From: Ginglymostoma cirratum
Taxonomy: Eukaryota
DNA length: 64,000 nucleotides
Direction of reading: 5' to 3'
NCBI GenBank assembly: GCA_024137785.1
Contig: JAHRHZ010000063.1
Coordinates: 15,149,076 to 15,213,075, forward strand
Shown here piece by piece: positions 50,060 through 61,919 of the stretch (position 1 is the first letter of the stretch; each line of letters begins with the position of its first letter). Made by a program: the position numbers and the translations under genes. The notes beneath the pieces were generated by a model. It had not been told where the DNA came from, searched no databases, and was given only the letters and a program-made list of their open reading frames with translations.

Positions 50060-50710
50060 TCCCTTGGATCTGTTAAACTTATTAAAGATGATTGAACTCT
50101 ATCAAGAGATTTCAAGAAGTGTCAAGACCTGCCAAAAATGTCTAGATATGTCATACAGTATAAAATCCGTAAAGCACTGTCAAGAAGTGTCATATTTGTC
50201 AATATCGCTCCAGAGGTATCAAACCAGTCAAAATATGTTAGGAAATGGTAAAGCTCTTAAGACCTGTCAAATGTTGTTTTTATATGAATGAGAGTGATTT
50301 TTTGTAATAGTGGAGTCAGTCTGCAATATAGAAAACAGCTAATAGAACTTGTTTTTCTTTGTTATGCATTGGCACTTAGTGGTATTTGATGAGTTGGCAT
50401 CGTAGATGGAGGGAGAAATACTGTTGGATGAAAGCAGGCACTGAGTTGAGATGAGGTTATGAGGGGCTATGGGGTATAGGTTGAGCACCTAGATTGGCAT
50501 AAGAGGTATGAAGTGCCACAGAATGAGTAGAGAGGCATTGGGTTGCAAAGAAGGTATGAAGATTTATGTAGGGCGGATAGACATCATTAAGTGGCATGTG
50601 TTGGCATGCATAGTGCATGAGGAATTACAAAGTGGAAGGAGCCATGAGAGGGGCACAAGGAGTGAGAACTGGATGAAAGTTTAATGTTTTATTCTTTGTT
50701 CTCTTGTTTG
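50060..50710. repeat. Unclassified dispersed repeat, opposite orientation to 20360-21640
   Basis: TGTCAA-rich arm then G-rich arm; reverse-complement similarity as noted above. Confidence 0.55.
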
Positions 50711-50729
50711 GATAAAACCCTGATCCGGC

Positions 50730-53700
50730 AGCAACCTGACCCCAAAGAAGCCTGACCAGCTTAGGCCTGGTCCCCGATCCCACAACTACTCATCCCCAAG
50801 GACGCCTGCTCCAACCAGGCCAACTCACTTACCTGAAGCAGCAGACTCACACCACCGACTCCAGGAACTATCCAGATGCAGGAAACCTACAAGGAAATGG
50901 GGGAAACATACTGACCTGAAGGCGAGGTTGAAACAACAAAGTTTCACGACCCTACTCCCCAGCATACCACTAGCAAATGCCCAGGCTTTCGGAACAAAAA
51001 TGGATGAACTCAGATCTAGACTTTCTTTCCAGAGGGAACTGAGAGACTGTTGTGTGCTCTGTTTCATGGCGACTTGGGTCAATCCTGGCATTCCCGGCTG
51101 TGCCCTACAAGCTGACAGGTTCTCCAAACATTGCATGGACCACATGGTGCTTCCTGATCAATACCTCCTGGTGCTTGGATGTGGTGGCCCTGGCAAGCCA
51201 TTGCTTCCTGGGCCCAGAATACCTTACAGTAAAATGCCATCTCTGCTGTCTGCCACGAGAGTTTACCTCCGCCATCCTGTCAACAGTTTACATACCACCC
51301 CAAGCAGATGTGAAGAACACCCTAGATGAGATTTACATCATCACAAACATTCTGGAGATGAAACTCCCCAAGGCCTTATTCATCATGGCCGGTGACTTCA
51401 ACCAAGCCAACCTCACGATGATGCTGCCAGAGTACCATCAACACATCTTCTGCCCTACCAGGGTAACTGAACATCCTAGGCCTCTGCTACACAACCATCA
51501 AAGATGCCGCTCACACTTCGGAAAATCAGATCACAGCACTGTGTTCCTCTTCCCAGCTTACAGGCAGAAGCTGAAATGGAAGGACCCTTCACAAAAAGAA
51601 GTACAGTGTTGGTCCAAGGCTATGGAAGAGCTTCTCCAGGACTGCTTGGAATTAATGGACTGGACCGTGTTCAAGTGGAAAACCTAGACGAGTACCCCAC
51701 CAACATCACAGACTTCATCAGCAAATTTGTAGAGGACTGTGTACCAAAGAAATTCATCCAAGTGTTCCCCAACTGCAAACATTGGATGAACCAGGAAATC
51801 CACTCCCTCACTGAAGACCAGACATGCAGCATTCAAATTGGACAGCCCAGACCTATACAGGAAATCCAGATATAACATCTGCAAAGCCATCAGGGAGGCC
51901 AAGAGACATTACCGGCCAAGGTAGAGGCCCAACCCAACAATACAGACTCTGGCAAGACCTAAACAACATTAAGGGATACAAACCGGAGCAGAGCAAGATA
52001 GCAGACAAAAATACATCCCTCCATGTTGTGGTCAATGCTTTCTATGCTCGGTTCGAACAGAATGCCAGTAGTGGGGTTTCACCTGGCCCAAAAACCCCAG
52101 ATGAAACTGTGCCCACTATCACCACTGCAGACATCAGATCGGTCTTCCTGTGAGTCAATCCAAGGGAAGGGATGGGCTCGGATGGAATCCCTGGACAAGC
52201 ACTTAGATCCTGTGTGGACAAACTGGTGGAAGTATTCACTGACATCTTCAACCTCTCCCTCCTAAAAGTCAAAGTCCCCACCTGCTTCAAGAAGACCACC
52301 ATCATCCCTGTACCCAAGAAAACACATGCAGTGTGCCATAATGACTCCCACCCAGTGGCTCTGACCTCAATAATCATGGAGTGCTTTGGCAGGCTTGTCA
52401 TGACCCACATCAATTCCGGTCTCCCAGCCTGCCTCGATCCCCTACAATTTGCCTACCGACATAACAGGTTCACAGAGGATGCCAAAGCCCTAACCCTGCG
52501 CTTATCCCTGGAACATCTGGACAACAAAGACACCTCAGTTAGATTCCTGCTCATTGAATACAGTTCCACCTTCAACACCATAACCCTGTCCAGACTGATC
52601 TCAAAACCCCAAGACCTTCGTCACAGCTCCACCCTTTGCAATTGGATCCTTGGCTTTCTAACTCACAAACTACAATCAGTGAAGGTAGACAACTACGCCT
52701 CCTCATGATAACCCTCAACACTGAAGTACACCAAGAGTTGCATTCTCAGCCCCCAACTGTATTCCCTGTACACCCAGGACTGTATTGCCAAATTCCAAAT
52801 GAAAGCCATCTTCAGTGGAGAACCTAGATGAGTACGCCACCAACGTCACAGACTTCATCAGCAAATGAAAGCCAAGTTCGCTGATGACACCACTGTAGTA
52901 TATCTATATGTAGGATATCTAACAACAATGAGTCAAAATACAGAAAGGAGTTGAGAGCTTGGGGATGTGGTGCAATAAGAACAATCTCTATCTCAATGTC
53001 GGCAAAATGAAAGAACTGGTCATTGACTTCAGAAAGAAAGGAGGAGAACACACCCCCTTCCATATCAACAGAGCTGGGTTTGAGAGGGTGGAGAGCGTCA
53101 AGTTCCTCAGAGTGACCATAACTGACAACCTGTCCTGGACTTCCCACATAAATGCAATGGTTAAGAAGACACAACAACGCCTCTCCTTCCTCAGGTGCCC
53201 TCAGGAAATTTGGCATGTCTGTAAGGTCCCTCACCAACTTCTACAAATGCACTATAGAAAGCATACTGTCCAAGTGTATAATGCCTGATATGGCAACTGC
53301 TCTGCCCCAGGAACGTAAGAAACTACAGAAGGTGGTGTGCACAGCCCAGACCATCACATAAGCCAACCTTCCATCCATCGACTCTATTTACATAGCTCGC
53401 AGCCGTGGAAAGGCTGCCAACATCATCAAAGATCAATCGCACCCCCGCAATGCTCTCTTACAACCACTTCCATTAGGCAGGCAAGCCAGAATCTTGAACA
53501 CACGCACCAACAGGTTCAAGGACAGCTTCTTCCCTGCCGTTATTAGACTGATTAATGGACCTCTCTAACTTCAAAAAACGCTGATCTTGCTAATGTTGAT
53601 CTTGTCTAGCCCACACCCTGTGTGACATAACTTGTATGCTTCTGTCTAGTTTATTTTCACCCTACAGTCTGTATGTCCTTGCTTCCTATGATCTGCCTGT

Positions 53701-53765
53701 ACTGCTCGTAAACAAAACTTCCCACTGTACTTAGGTAAATGTGACAATAAACTAATCAAATCAAT
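50730..53765 (+). mobile_element. Rex1/Babar LINE, nearly full ORF (APE endonuclease and RT), frameshifted
   Basis: LPSIPLANAQ, RELRDCCVLCF, LPREFTSAIL..VYIPPQA, AGDFNQAN, FGKSDH, GSDGIPGQALRSC, LDPLQFAYR, KFADDTT, KFLRVTITDNLSW; tail AATAAACTAATCAAATCAA. Confidence 0.93.
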
Positions 53766-54039
53766 GCCGAAGCAGTGAAGCAGAATTTCTGTTCAGCACA
53801 CCTCAGAACACAACAGCCTCCTCAGCTGCTCCTGGGTTGCCTTTAAATCTAGGATATGCCCCTGGGCTGAAATTAATGACTGTGGGCAGCAAAGTTCAGT
53901 TTTTGTAGGGTCAGGGATGTTCGGAACTCCAAGATGATAGCGTACAATTGACTGAAGAAAACATTTTGACTCAGTTAATGAGTGAGGACCTCATCTTTCA
54001 AAGGGAAAACCTGGGACAAGCTCTGTTAAAGGTGGAGAT

Positions 54040-54398
54040 TGTTATGCATGTCGTTGGTTTTCTGCCCCTTTAAGAGAGCTAGTCAGGTGACTTGTAAGTG
54101 TGAAACCGGGCTATCAATCTAGAGCTAGTTGTGGAGGTGTAAACATCTAAAATAAAGTGTTCCTGTTCAGGGAATCTGTGCCTCCCTTGTGTATAATGAA
54201 GATAAACAGAACTTGCTGGAAAAGCTCAGAAAGGTCACCAGACCCGAAACATTAACTCTCATTTTTCTTCACAGGCTCTGCCAGACCTGGTGAGCTTTTC
54301 CAACAACTGCTGTTTTTGTTCCTGATTCACAGCATTTGCAGTTCTTTCAGTCTCCCTTGTGTTTAATTCCTGATTCCCAGCAAATTACACGCTTAACA
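54040..54398 (+). mobile_element. Solo LTR with nested Penelope-like fragment
   Basis: TGTTA...TAACA termini, flanks GAGAT/GACAT (5-bp TSD, 1 mismatch), internal AATAAA. Confidence 0.7.
54193..54351. mobile_element. Penelope-like pseudo-LTR insertion (subfamily B)
   Basis: Perfect 11-bp TSD CTCCCTTGTGT at 54182-54192 and 54352-54362; inverted piece plus AGGTCACCAGACCCGAAAC. Confidence 0.8.
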
Positions 54399-56885
54399 GA
54401 CATTCCATGCAAAATGAGATTGACCTTCGAGTCTCCAGATCAGAATGCTGCGCAGGAATTTCTTCCAAATTCCAATTCAAATCTTGATTCATTTTGTCGA
54501 TGACAGTACATTTTCTCTAAGATGTCATTATCTGCTGTTAAGTAACCTCAGGCTGCAGCAAGTGTCAAAGTGACACCACTAACTATGGAAAGAGAAGTTC
54601 CTCCCTAGAAGTAACAGCAGTCTTCATTTTCTCATCACTCATCATTAGATTTATCTTTAGAATGCCCTTCATTCTTCTTTTCATCTAATAGATTCATGCC
54701 CAGATCAGAGATTAAAGCAGATGTAAAACAGTGAGAATTTTAGTTCCTTGCCTTCCTTTTCTCGAGGCTGTGATCATTTGAGTTTTGAAGTGTTCTTCCT
54801 TGAAAATGTTTCTCCTTCATTGGTCTTCACCCCTGCCATATTTAAGTCTTTGTAAGGGTCAAGTCCAAAGATCAACTGTCATTTGGATCATTCAATGTGT
54901 TCACTTCAAAAAAATGATGAGCTATCATATAGAACCTATAAATCCTACAAGAGAGATAAAAGAACACTTCTAGAGATTAATGACAAGGGAAAAGAGATTT
55001 CAAGGTAAGTTTAACTTTACCTTAAGGATAGTTGCTGAACATATGCAAAAGAAAGCAATTCCATTGTAATGTCAGATCACACGGAGGAATACTGTGTCTG
55101 CCAGGTTCCAGATGAGATGGTCTCTCTTACCATTCTCTGTATGTAGGTATGTTTTATAAAGTTGTTACTATTCACAGTCAGGAGTGTAGATCTTATATTA
55201 CTACAGTTTTCTGGTAACCTGGCAAGTAATTCTCTTTCTCCCAATGTTGTCATCAAGGAGTTGAGGATTATTTGTTCACCTACGATCTCATTGCTGTGCC
55301 AAATGCCTCCTATGCGTTTTGGTCTTATGATCAAAGAATTGTATTATGTAGCATTTTGATAATCATAAAGTGGCTGCAACATTTTGTCTGCAGAACATTT
55401 CACCCCAATCCAAACAAACATGAAGTTTTTTTGTGATGCTTTTAAGATGTATGGAAAGACATTACACTGAGTTCCTGGTCTGTCTTTTTGTTATATTGGC
55501 AACATTGCCAACTGAGGAAAAACAGTTATTTTTAACGAGAAATTTTTAAATATATTGTTAGTTACAGTTCAGCACTGTAATGAAGGTAAACTGAAACTTT
55601 CACATCCTGCACCCTACACCATTAATCATCTATTAGCAAGTGAACATCAGATAATAAAAGATTCAAGACACTAATTGCCTGTGCATAAAATGTGAGCTGA
55701 TATATTAATGTATTTTAGCAACATTTACTGTTATGGTTAGGCTATTGAAAAGTGAGGTTAACACACAATGTAGTAACAATATAAAAGAGTTAATATTTGA
55801 GGTAAGTAACAAAGTGAGACATTTTTACAACAGGCTGTAGATGGCTGTAGAAAAACAGTATTGTACATTTTAAAGTATAATTACTGATCAGGAACTGGCT
55901 ATAACAAGGACAATCATTTTACCACCCCAGTATGACAGCATGTCTGTTTATCTGCTGCCACCTTATTTGACGCCAGCTGACTCAGGCTGTTTGTGCCCAC
56001 AGAGACACATAATTGTCTGCAGGCAGGACCTCAATGCTCACAGCAGTTGGTGGTTGCTCACCTGACACGAACAACTGAAGTGCCCTTAGATACCTTCAAC
56101 CTCCCAAGCTGTAACCACTGGGGAGCAGGTTAAATGCAGCAGAAATCAAACACTCAAGGCTCCATGCAAAAGGGAGATCCTTGATTATTTCTATTGATGA
56201 TCAGATAGAGGTAGAATTGATTTGATGAGTAATCATATTTTTGCTGTGGATGTTGGTAGCTATATTCAAAATAAAGTGATGGCCGTACCTGCAACACTGG
56301 ACTGAGTGAACCTAATCAGATGGCAAGAGTGAAGCCGGGGTGATAAAGACTAATGAGCAGTTGGTGTAAAAGTTGGTTCAGGTAAGTACTATTGGATAAA
56401 ATGCTTATTGATTGTCCTGGCATCTAGGGGCTTTGGTGATCTGTGTTGGTCCTTGATCTTCCTTCTCTTTATGCAAATACTCCTCTTTCTTCTGCATTTC
56501 CTCATGTGATGTTAATAAGAGTTTCTCAATGCTGATAAAAGTGATGCTGCTTGTAGCAAATAACTACAATTGTGGATGGTCACTCAAGACGGTACAAACC
56601 TACCTTGGAAAGCTTTGGCGTGCCAACCATCTGATCAATTATATTTCTGGTGGTACCAGCACACTTTTTGCTGAACTTTTGGTTTTGTATTGGCTTGTAT
56701 TGCTCAATGAGTTTATCATGTAGCAAGTCAATCCAAGGGAATACAATCTCAGAAAAAAAAAGTCTGATAATAACAATAAGGCATTTATTTAAACATAAAT
56801 ATTTCAAGAAACATTTCACATTGTTACCTACAGGAAAACCAGATCTAACATGGTGGTGGTGCAAGGAGAGGAGTGGTGGTGTTAA

Positions 56886-57732
56886 ATGACTGCTACCACT
56901 CAGGAAGACAAGTGCAGCAGGTACATGGGAACACAACAACATGCATATACCCTTCCGAGCCACTCACCATTCAGAGTTGGAAATGTTTCCCTGTTTGTTC
57001 AATGTTGCTGGGTTAAAATTCTAGAACTCCTTCCTCAACAGCATTGTGGGTTTACCTACACCAAATAGACAGCAGCAGTTCAAGAAGGCAACTCACCTCC
57101 TCACCACCTTCCAAGGTCAACAAGGTATGTCATGTTGCAGCTGTACAGGAAATTGACTTTTGATATACTGCATTTAATTCAGTTCTCCCTGCTATAGGAA
57201 AGATGTTGTTAAGCTTGAAAAAGTACAGAAAACTTTTACAAGGATGTTGTTGAGGTTGGAGGGTTTGGGTTATAGTGAGAGGCTGAATAGATAGGGGCTA
57301 TGATCCCTGGGGCATTAGAGACTGAGGAGTGACCTTATAGAGGTTTATAAAATCATGAGCGACATGGATAGGGTGAGTAGCCAAGGTCTTTTTCCCAGAG
57401 TAGGGCAGTCCAAAACTAGAGGGCACAGGTTCAAGGTGAGAGGGGAAAGATATAAAAGGGACCAAAGGGGCAACTTTTTCACACAAAGTGTAGTGTATGT
57501 ATGGAATGAGCTGCCAGGGAATGTGGTGGAGGCTGTTACAATTATAGCATTCAAAAGGCATCTGGATGGATAGGTGAATAGGAAGGATATGGAGGGATAT
57601 GGACCAAATGCTGGCAAATAGGATTAAAATAATTTAGGATCACTCGTTGGTATGGATGAGATGAACTGAAAGGTCTGTTTCCATGATGTTAGCCCAGCCA
57701 ACAATACCGATGTCCCATGAATGAATGAATAA
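56886..57732 (+). mobile_element. LINE family B 3' end interrupted by a CR1 3' fragment (about 57125-57690)
   Basis: Family B tail stops at ACCTTCCAAGGTCAAC and resumes AGCCCAGCCAAC...ATGAATGAATGAAT; insert encodes LFPRVGQSKTRGHRFKVRGERYKRD. Confidence 0.85.
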
Positions 57733-57784
57733 GAAAGGTGCATGAGCAGATATAACTTTTCTCATGACTGTTTATCTTTCTTTC

Positions 57785-58123
57785 ATAGAATCCTTCCAGT
57801 GTGGAAACAGGCCACTCAGCCCAACAAATTCACACTGTCCCTCTGAAAAGCATTCCTCCGAGATCCATTCCCCGTAACCCAGCACTTCCCATGTCTAACC
57901 CACCTAATTTACACACCCTGGATACTACAGGCAATTTAGCATGGCCAATCCACCTAACCTGCACATCTTTGTGACTGTGGGAAGAAACCAGAGCACCTGG
58001 AGGAAACCCACACAGACACAGGAAGGACATGCAAACTCCACATGAACAGTCACCCAAGGGTGGAATTGAGACCAGGTCCCTGGTGTTGTGAGGCAGCGGT
58101 GCTAACCACTGAGCCACCATGCT
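57785..58123 (-). mobile_element. Full-length HE1/V-SINE-like SINE
   Basis: Minus strand GCATGGTGGCTCAGTGGTTAGCACCGCTGCCTCACAACACCAGGGACCTGGTCTCAATTCC (A/B boxes), central domain, CR1-like tail. Confidence 0.88.
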
Positions 58124-60019
58124 GCTGGTCCAGGACTTTGTGAAGAAGCATAAATTTATTGTCACACAGATTTCGACCCTTTTTTTTCACAATTGTGAGA
58201 ACAAAAATATGGAACACTGTAGTTATTCACAAGAGAATCCATTCTGGTGGAGCGGCAGTGAGAAAGGAAACAATATGAAATGGAAAGCTATTCAACTCTA
58301 AATTTATTAACCTATTGTACTCAATGACATTGTCTTTTTCCACACATTGCATTCTGTCGTTACACAGCAGAGGCTGTCTCAGGACCTTGCAAAAGGGGTT
58401 ATTCTAAATTGCATGATTATAGTAAAATAGGATCAATAAAATGAGCAGGCTTGATAATGACACCAATAAATATACATTAAGATCAAAATTCTGTTTTGCA
58501 CAGTATAAATCTTAAGTCTATGATCTCTTTGCCATCAAACCAGATTTGATGAAGCAAATAAACTGCATTTGTAAGTATTTAAGGCATATGCACTTGATTG
58601 AGGAGAATATCATATCTCTGTGGGTTTCACTTCAATTGTCATCTGTCTGCAGTTGTTCAGTATTATTAAGGGATTCAGTCAGCTGCAGGAACACTGAGAA
58701 AAAAAGATGGCAAGCACAATGTGGCAGGGAACAAAAGGTATGTGAAGGAAAGACAAGGAAATAAAATATTCAAGTATAAATTCAGTTTGAATAAATTCAC
58801 TGCAAGTATCAAGGAAATTCTTTCTTGGATCTGTGGCATTAATCAGCAATTTGTGCATAATTAAAACTAATTGTCCATTTATTATAGATTCAGCTGAGTG
58901 CTCTAGATATAACTCAGTTACCTGGAATTCAGAACTCAAATGTGCTTACCAAAGTTAATGGAAAACATGTCTGGTTCCACTGTTATCTATTAGAGAGTGA
59001 TTAATCTCCGCACTATTCGAAAATCCTCTAGTGAACATTCCATCACAAAGAAATATAAGGTAAACATTCTGGATGACAAGCATGTTGTCAAATTGAACAT
59101 AATTATTTCACATATGTCCGTACAAGTAATGACAATTAACTTTAACATATCTTTAAGCATGCGTTTCAAATAACTTCGAAAAAAGTGAATTTTGCAAGTT
59201 GTTTCACATAGTGTAATAATGAGATTTTATATTTGAAACAGAGATGAGCAGAATATTTTTGTTCTGTGAAATTTGCCATGAGGTTATATCCCTTTATTTT
59301 TGATGATATGCTTTTTTTAAACTTTCAGGTGATCAGAACTGTTGCAAGTTTGTTTGAGATAAGATAATCTGCTTAAAAATGGAAAGCCACTTCAAGGTGT
59401 TGAGAGGAGAAATTGAGCAATCAAAGGATCAGTCAACACCCAGCTTCATTCCAGTTGTCAAAGGCATATTGTTTACAACGGTGGGGAGCAAGCTGCTGGG
59501 AAGACTAGATAACATTTCCACTGAACAAGAAAAAACATACACTTTTTATACATTTATTTTTAGCCCACCTTGGCTGTCACAAACCTGTCTCATCATTGAT
59601 TGATTTAAGTACACATCTAATCAAATTTATCATGCGTCTGTGCAATCATCCCATGATCTCACGATGTTCACCAGACCCTCTTATGAATTATCCTTGGGCC
59701 TTCACAATACATTTCATTCAACCACATTCCAGGCAGCATTCCCCTGCTAATAGGAAGCAGAATCTTCCATTCGCCTTAGACTGAGTATCCACAGAAATGC
59801 AGTTAAATCCCACAATGCCTGTATACTTAAAATTCCATTTTGCAATGTGTCATGTGACGATACTTTAGTACATTATTTCGCTAAAGGACACAATATGCAT
59901 TGGCGCATCACACAATATGTTATTATAGGTAGCTGCTTATGCCACTGTTGCCTCAGCAGTGGAGATAAGAATGCAAAATAATCACCATTGATTGACTGGG
60001 ATAGCAATTGAAAAGTGAG

Positions 60020-60724
60020 ACTTACTACTACAGTCTCAGAGAGCTACAAAACAAATATAAGATACTGGACACTGACACAATGGCCTTCATAGATGAACCC
60101 ACCTGAAGGGACATCTTGGAAATAAACCCTGGTACTAACATTTCACAGGAGGTTCTGAGAGCTTTGGGAGATTGCTGAAGCTTTGGGAGATTACTGAAAG
60201 GAATATTAATGTCCCCATTACGCTCTTTCACTCTTTCTCTCTGAAAGAAACTGACCCAGTTTCCAATAAAGCCATAGGAGAAGCATCAGAAACTGAAAAC
60301 TTTAAAAATAGCTGCAACATCTGTTCCTGCTGACTACTTCCAAGAAACCATTGGACCAATCTTGGTCTCAGGTAAACAAACTTACGCTTCAAGGGCCAAA
60401 AATAATCTAAACTTTGCATTTTTTTACTATTCTTTAGTACACGATACTATTTCCTTTTAACTTTGTATGTACGTATGTATGTGTGTAAAACTTGTATGCT
60501 TTATATTGTATCTTTATGGATTTATTGTATCTTAGATTTTGCACTATCACTTACTTAAGAAAAACAAGCGATTGATTCCTGTTGCTTGTATTAAAAACAG
60601 TTAATTATATTTTAAATGGAAACAGGTAAAGCTTTGTGCAAAAGAGAACTTAAGCCTTCATTGTGTTCAGTGGGAGAAGGACATAGAGAGGCAGCCACTG
60701 CATCTCGTCTCACCTCGTCATAAC
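60020..60724 (+). mobile_element. Probable LTR (5' boundary uncertain)
   Basis: Ends CTCACCTCGTCATAACA (CA terminus); internal direct repeat AGCTTTGGGAGATT(G/A)CTGAA; no coding. Confidence 0.4.
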
Positions 60725-61224
60725 AAAATCTCTTCCTCACGAATCAGTCACCCTTGCATGTTCTGTCACTTGTATCTTCAAATGTAGATTCTTTATGGCC
60801 TTGCATGATTTACTATGTACAAGGGTAGTCAACTTCTGGTCTAATAAGAAGAGACTTGTAGACTAAACTGAATATAGTTTATTGAATCTCTGCAACTATG
60901 CACAGGCCATAACAATAGGTACTAATTTCAGCAAATACTGTTGGGAGGGAGGACCTAGCCTTTGGTTTCTCTCCCAAGAGACAAAGAGATTCAAGATACT
61001 GCAAAGTGAGATTGTCTGCTTTATTAAGAATGCTTCTTCTACACAAGAAGTGCAAGACATTAAAGGCCCGTTAGTTGGAACTGAGAGTGAAACTTCAGAC
61101 TGTCAGCAAGACAGTCCAAGTCAAGTATCTTCTACGTCACAAATCTGAAAAAAAAAATTCAGAGAGAATAATAAATCCTCCAAATTATCCCACTTTTTCT
61201 CCAATCAAGTCCTTATCACATCAC

Positions 61225-61640
61225 CATCATCAGCAGCAGCAGTCCCTCACAGATGAGGATGACTCTTTTGCATTTGTGAGGGAAAATGTGATATCCGAAA
61301 TTAAAAGCTGTGTAAATGAGAGAAATTGAGTTGTTTAATGAAAATGATAAGGATGCTGCAGATTGCACTGCTGACACATTTGAATAGAAAAAAACGGATA
61401 CCTTACATAATGATGCTGCAGTTACAGGGTGAGTTTGTACAGATCAAAATGTCTCCCTCAGGCTTTGTTACACTTGGGGTAGACAGTAGTCACGGGAAGG
61501 GGTGTGTGCAGCATTGGTCTGGTAGACTGCTCCTTTTGCTGATTTTGTCTGGCTTCCATTTTTTCCCAATGGCAAGTCTCGAGGTGCTCAATGCCTTCCC
61601 AGATGCTCCTCCTCCACTTTGGACAGTAGATGTTGCTTAT
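61225..61640 (-). mobile_element. RTE-clade LINE 3' end, interrupted
   Basis: GCAGTCCCTCACAGATGAGGATGA and CTCGAGGTGCTCAATGCCTTCC match 13725-14100. Confidence 0.6.
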
Positions 61641-61919
61641 TGTCCTTAATCATGCAAGAACCTTTTCAGATTCTCCCAAAACATCTCTCCCCAAGTTTAT
61701 CCTGAATAACTATCGATGCTATACATTCATTCATATAATTACATTTAACACTACCCCATTTATCCCCGTGCTCTGACTTTACAAATCCAGGGTATCTGCT
61801 ATTCTCCTTGAATGAGTTATCTCCAGACTTGAAGGAACAGTTGTCTTTGGGATATTCAAATTCCTTGTAATGCCTAATCTTTTGTACTGATTTTTCCATC
61901 AATCAGGATAGGAATTTTT

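Noticed and set aside
51052-52708. Longest real ORFs (211 and 178 aa) as host genes
   Set aside because: They are frameshifted endonuclease and RT pieces of the Rex1/Babar LINE.
58060-58123. tRNA gene (A/B boxes; also near 22298 and 3190)
   Set aside because: These are tRNA-derived SINE heads continuing into SINE bodies; no complete cloverleaf.
60882-61148. 88-aa ORF as a small gene
   Set aside because: Non-ATG start, lies in an LTR-like segment related to 47248-47580, no recognisable domain.
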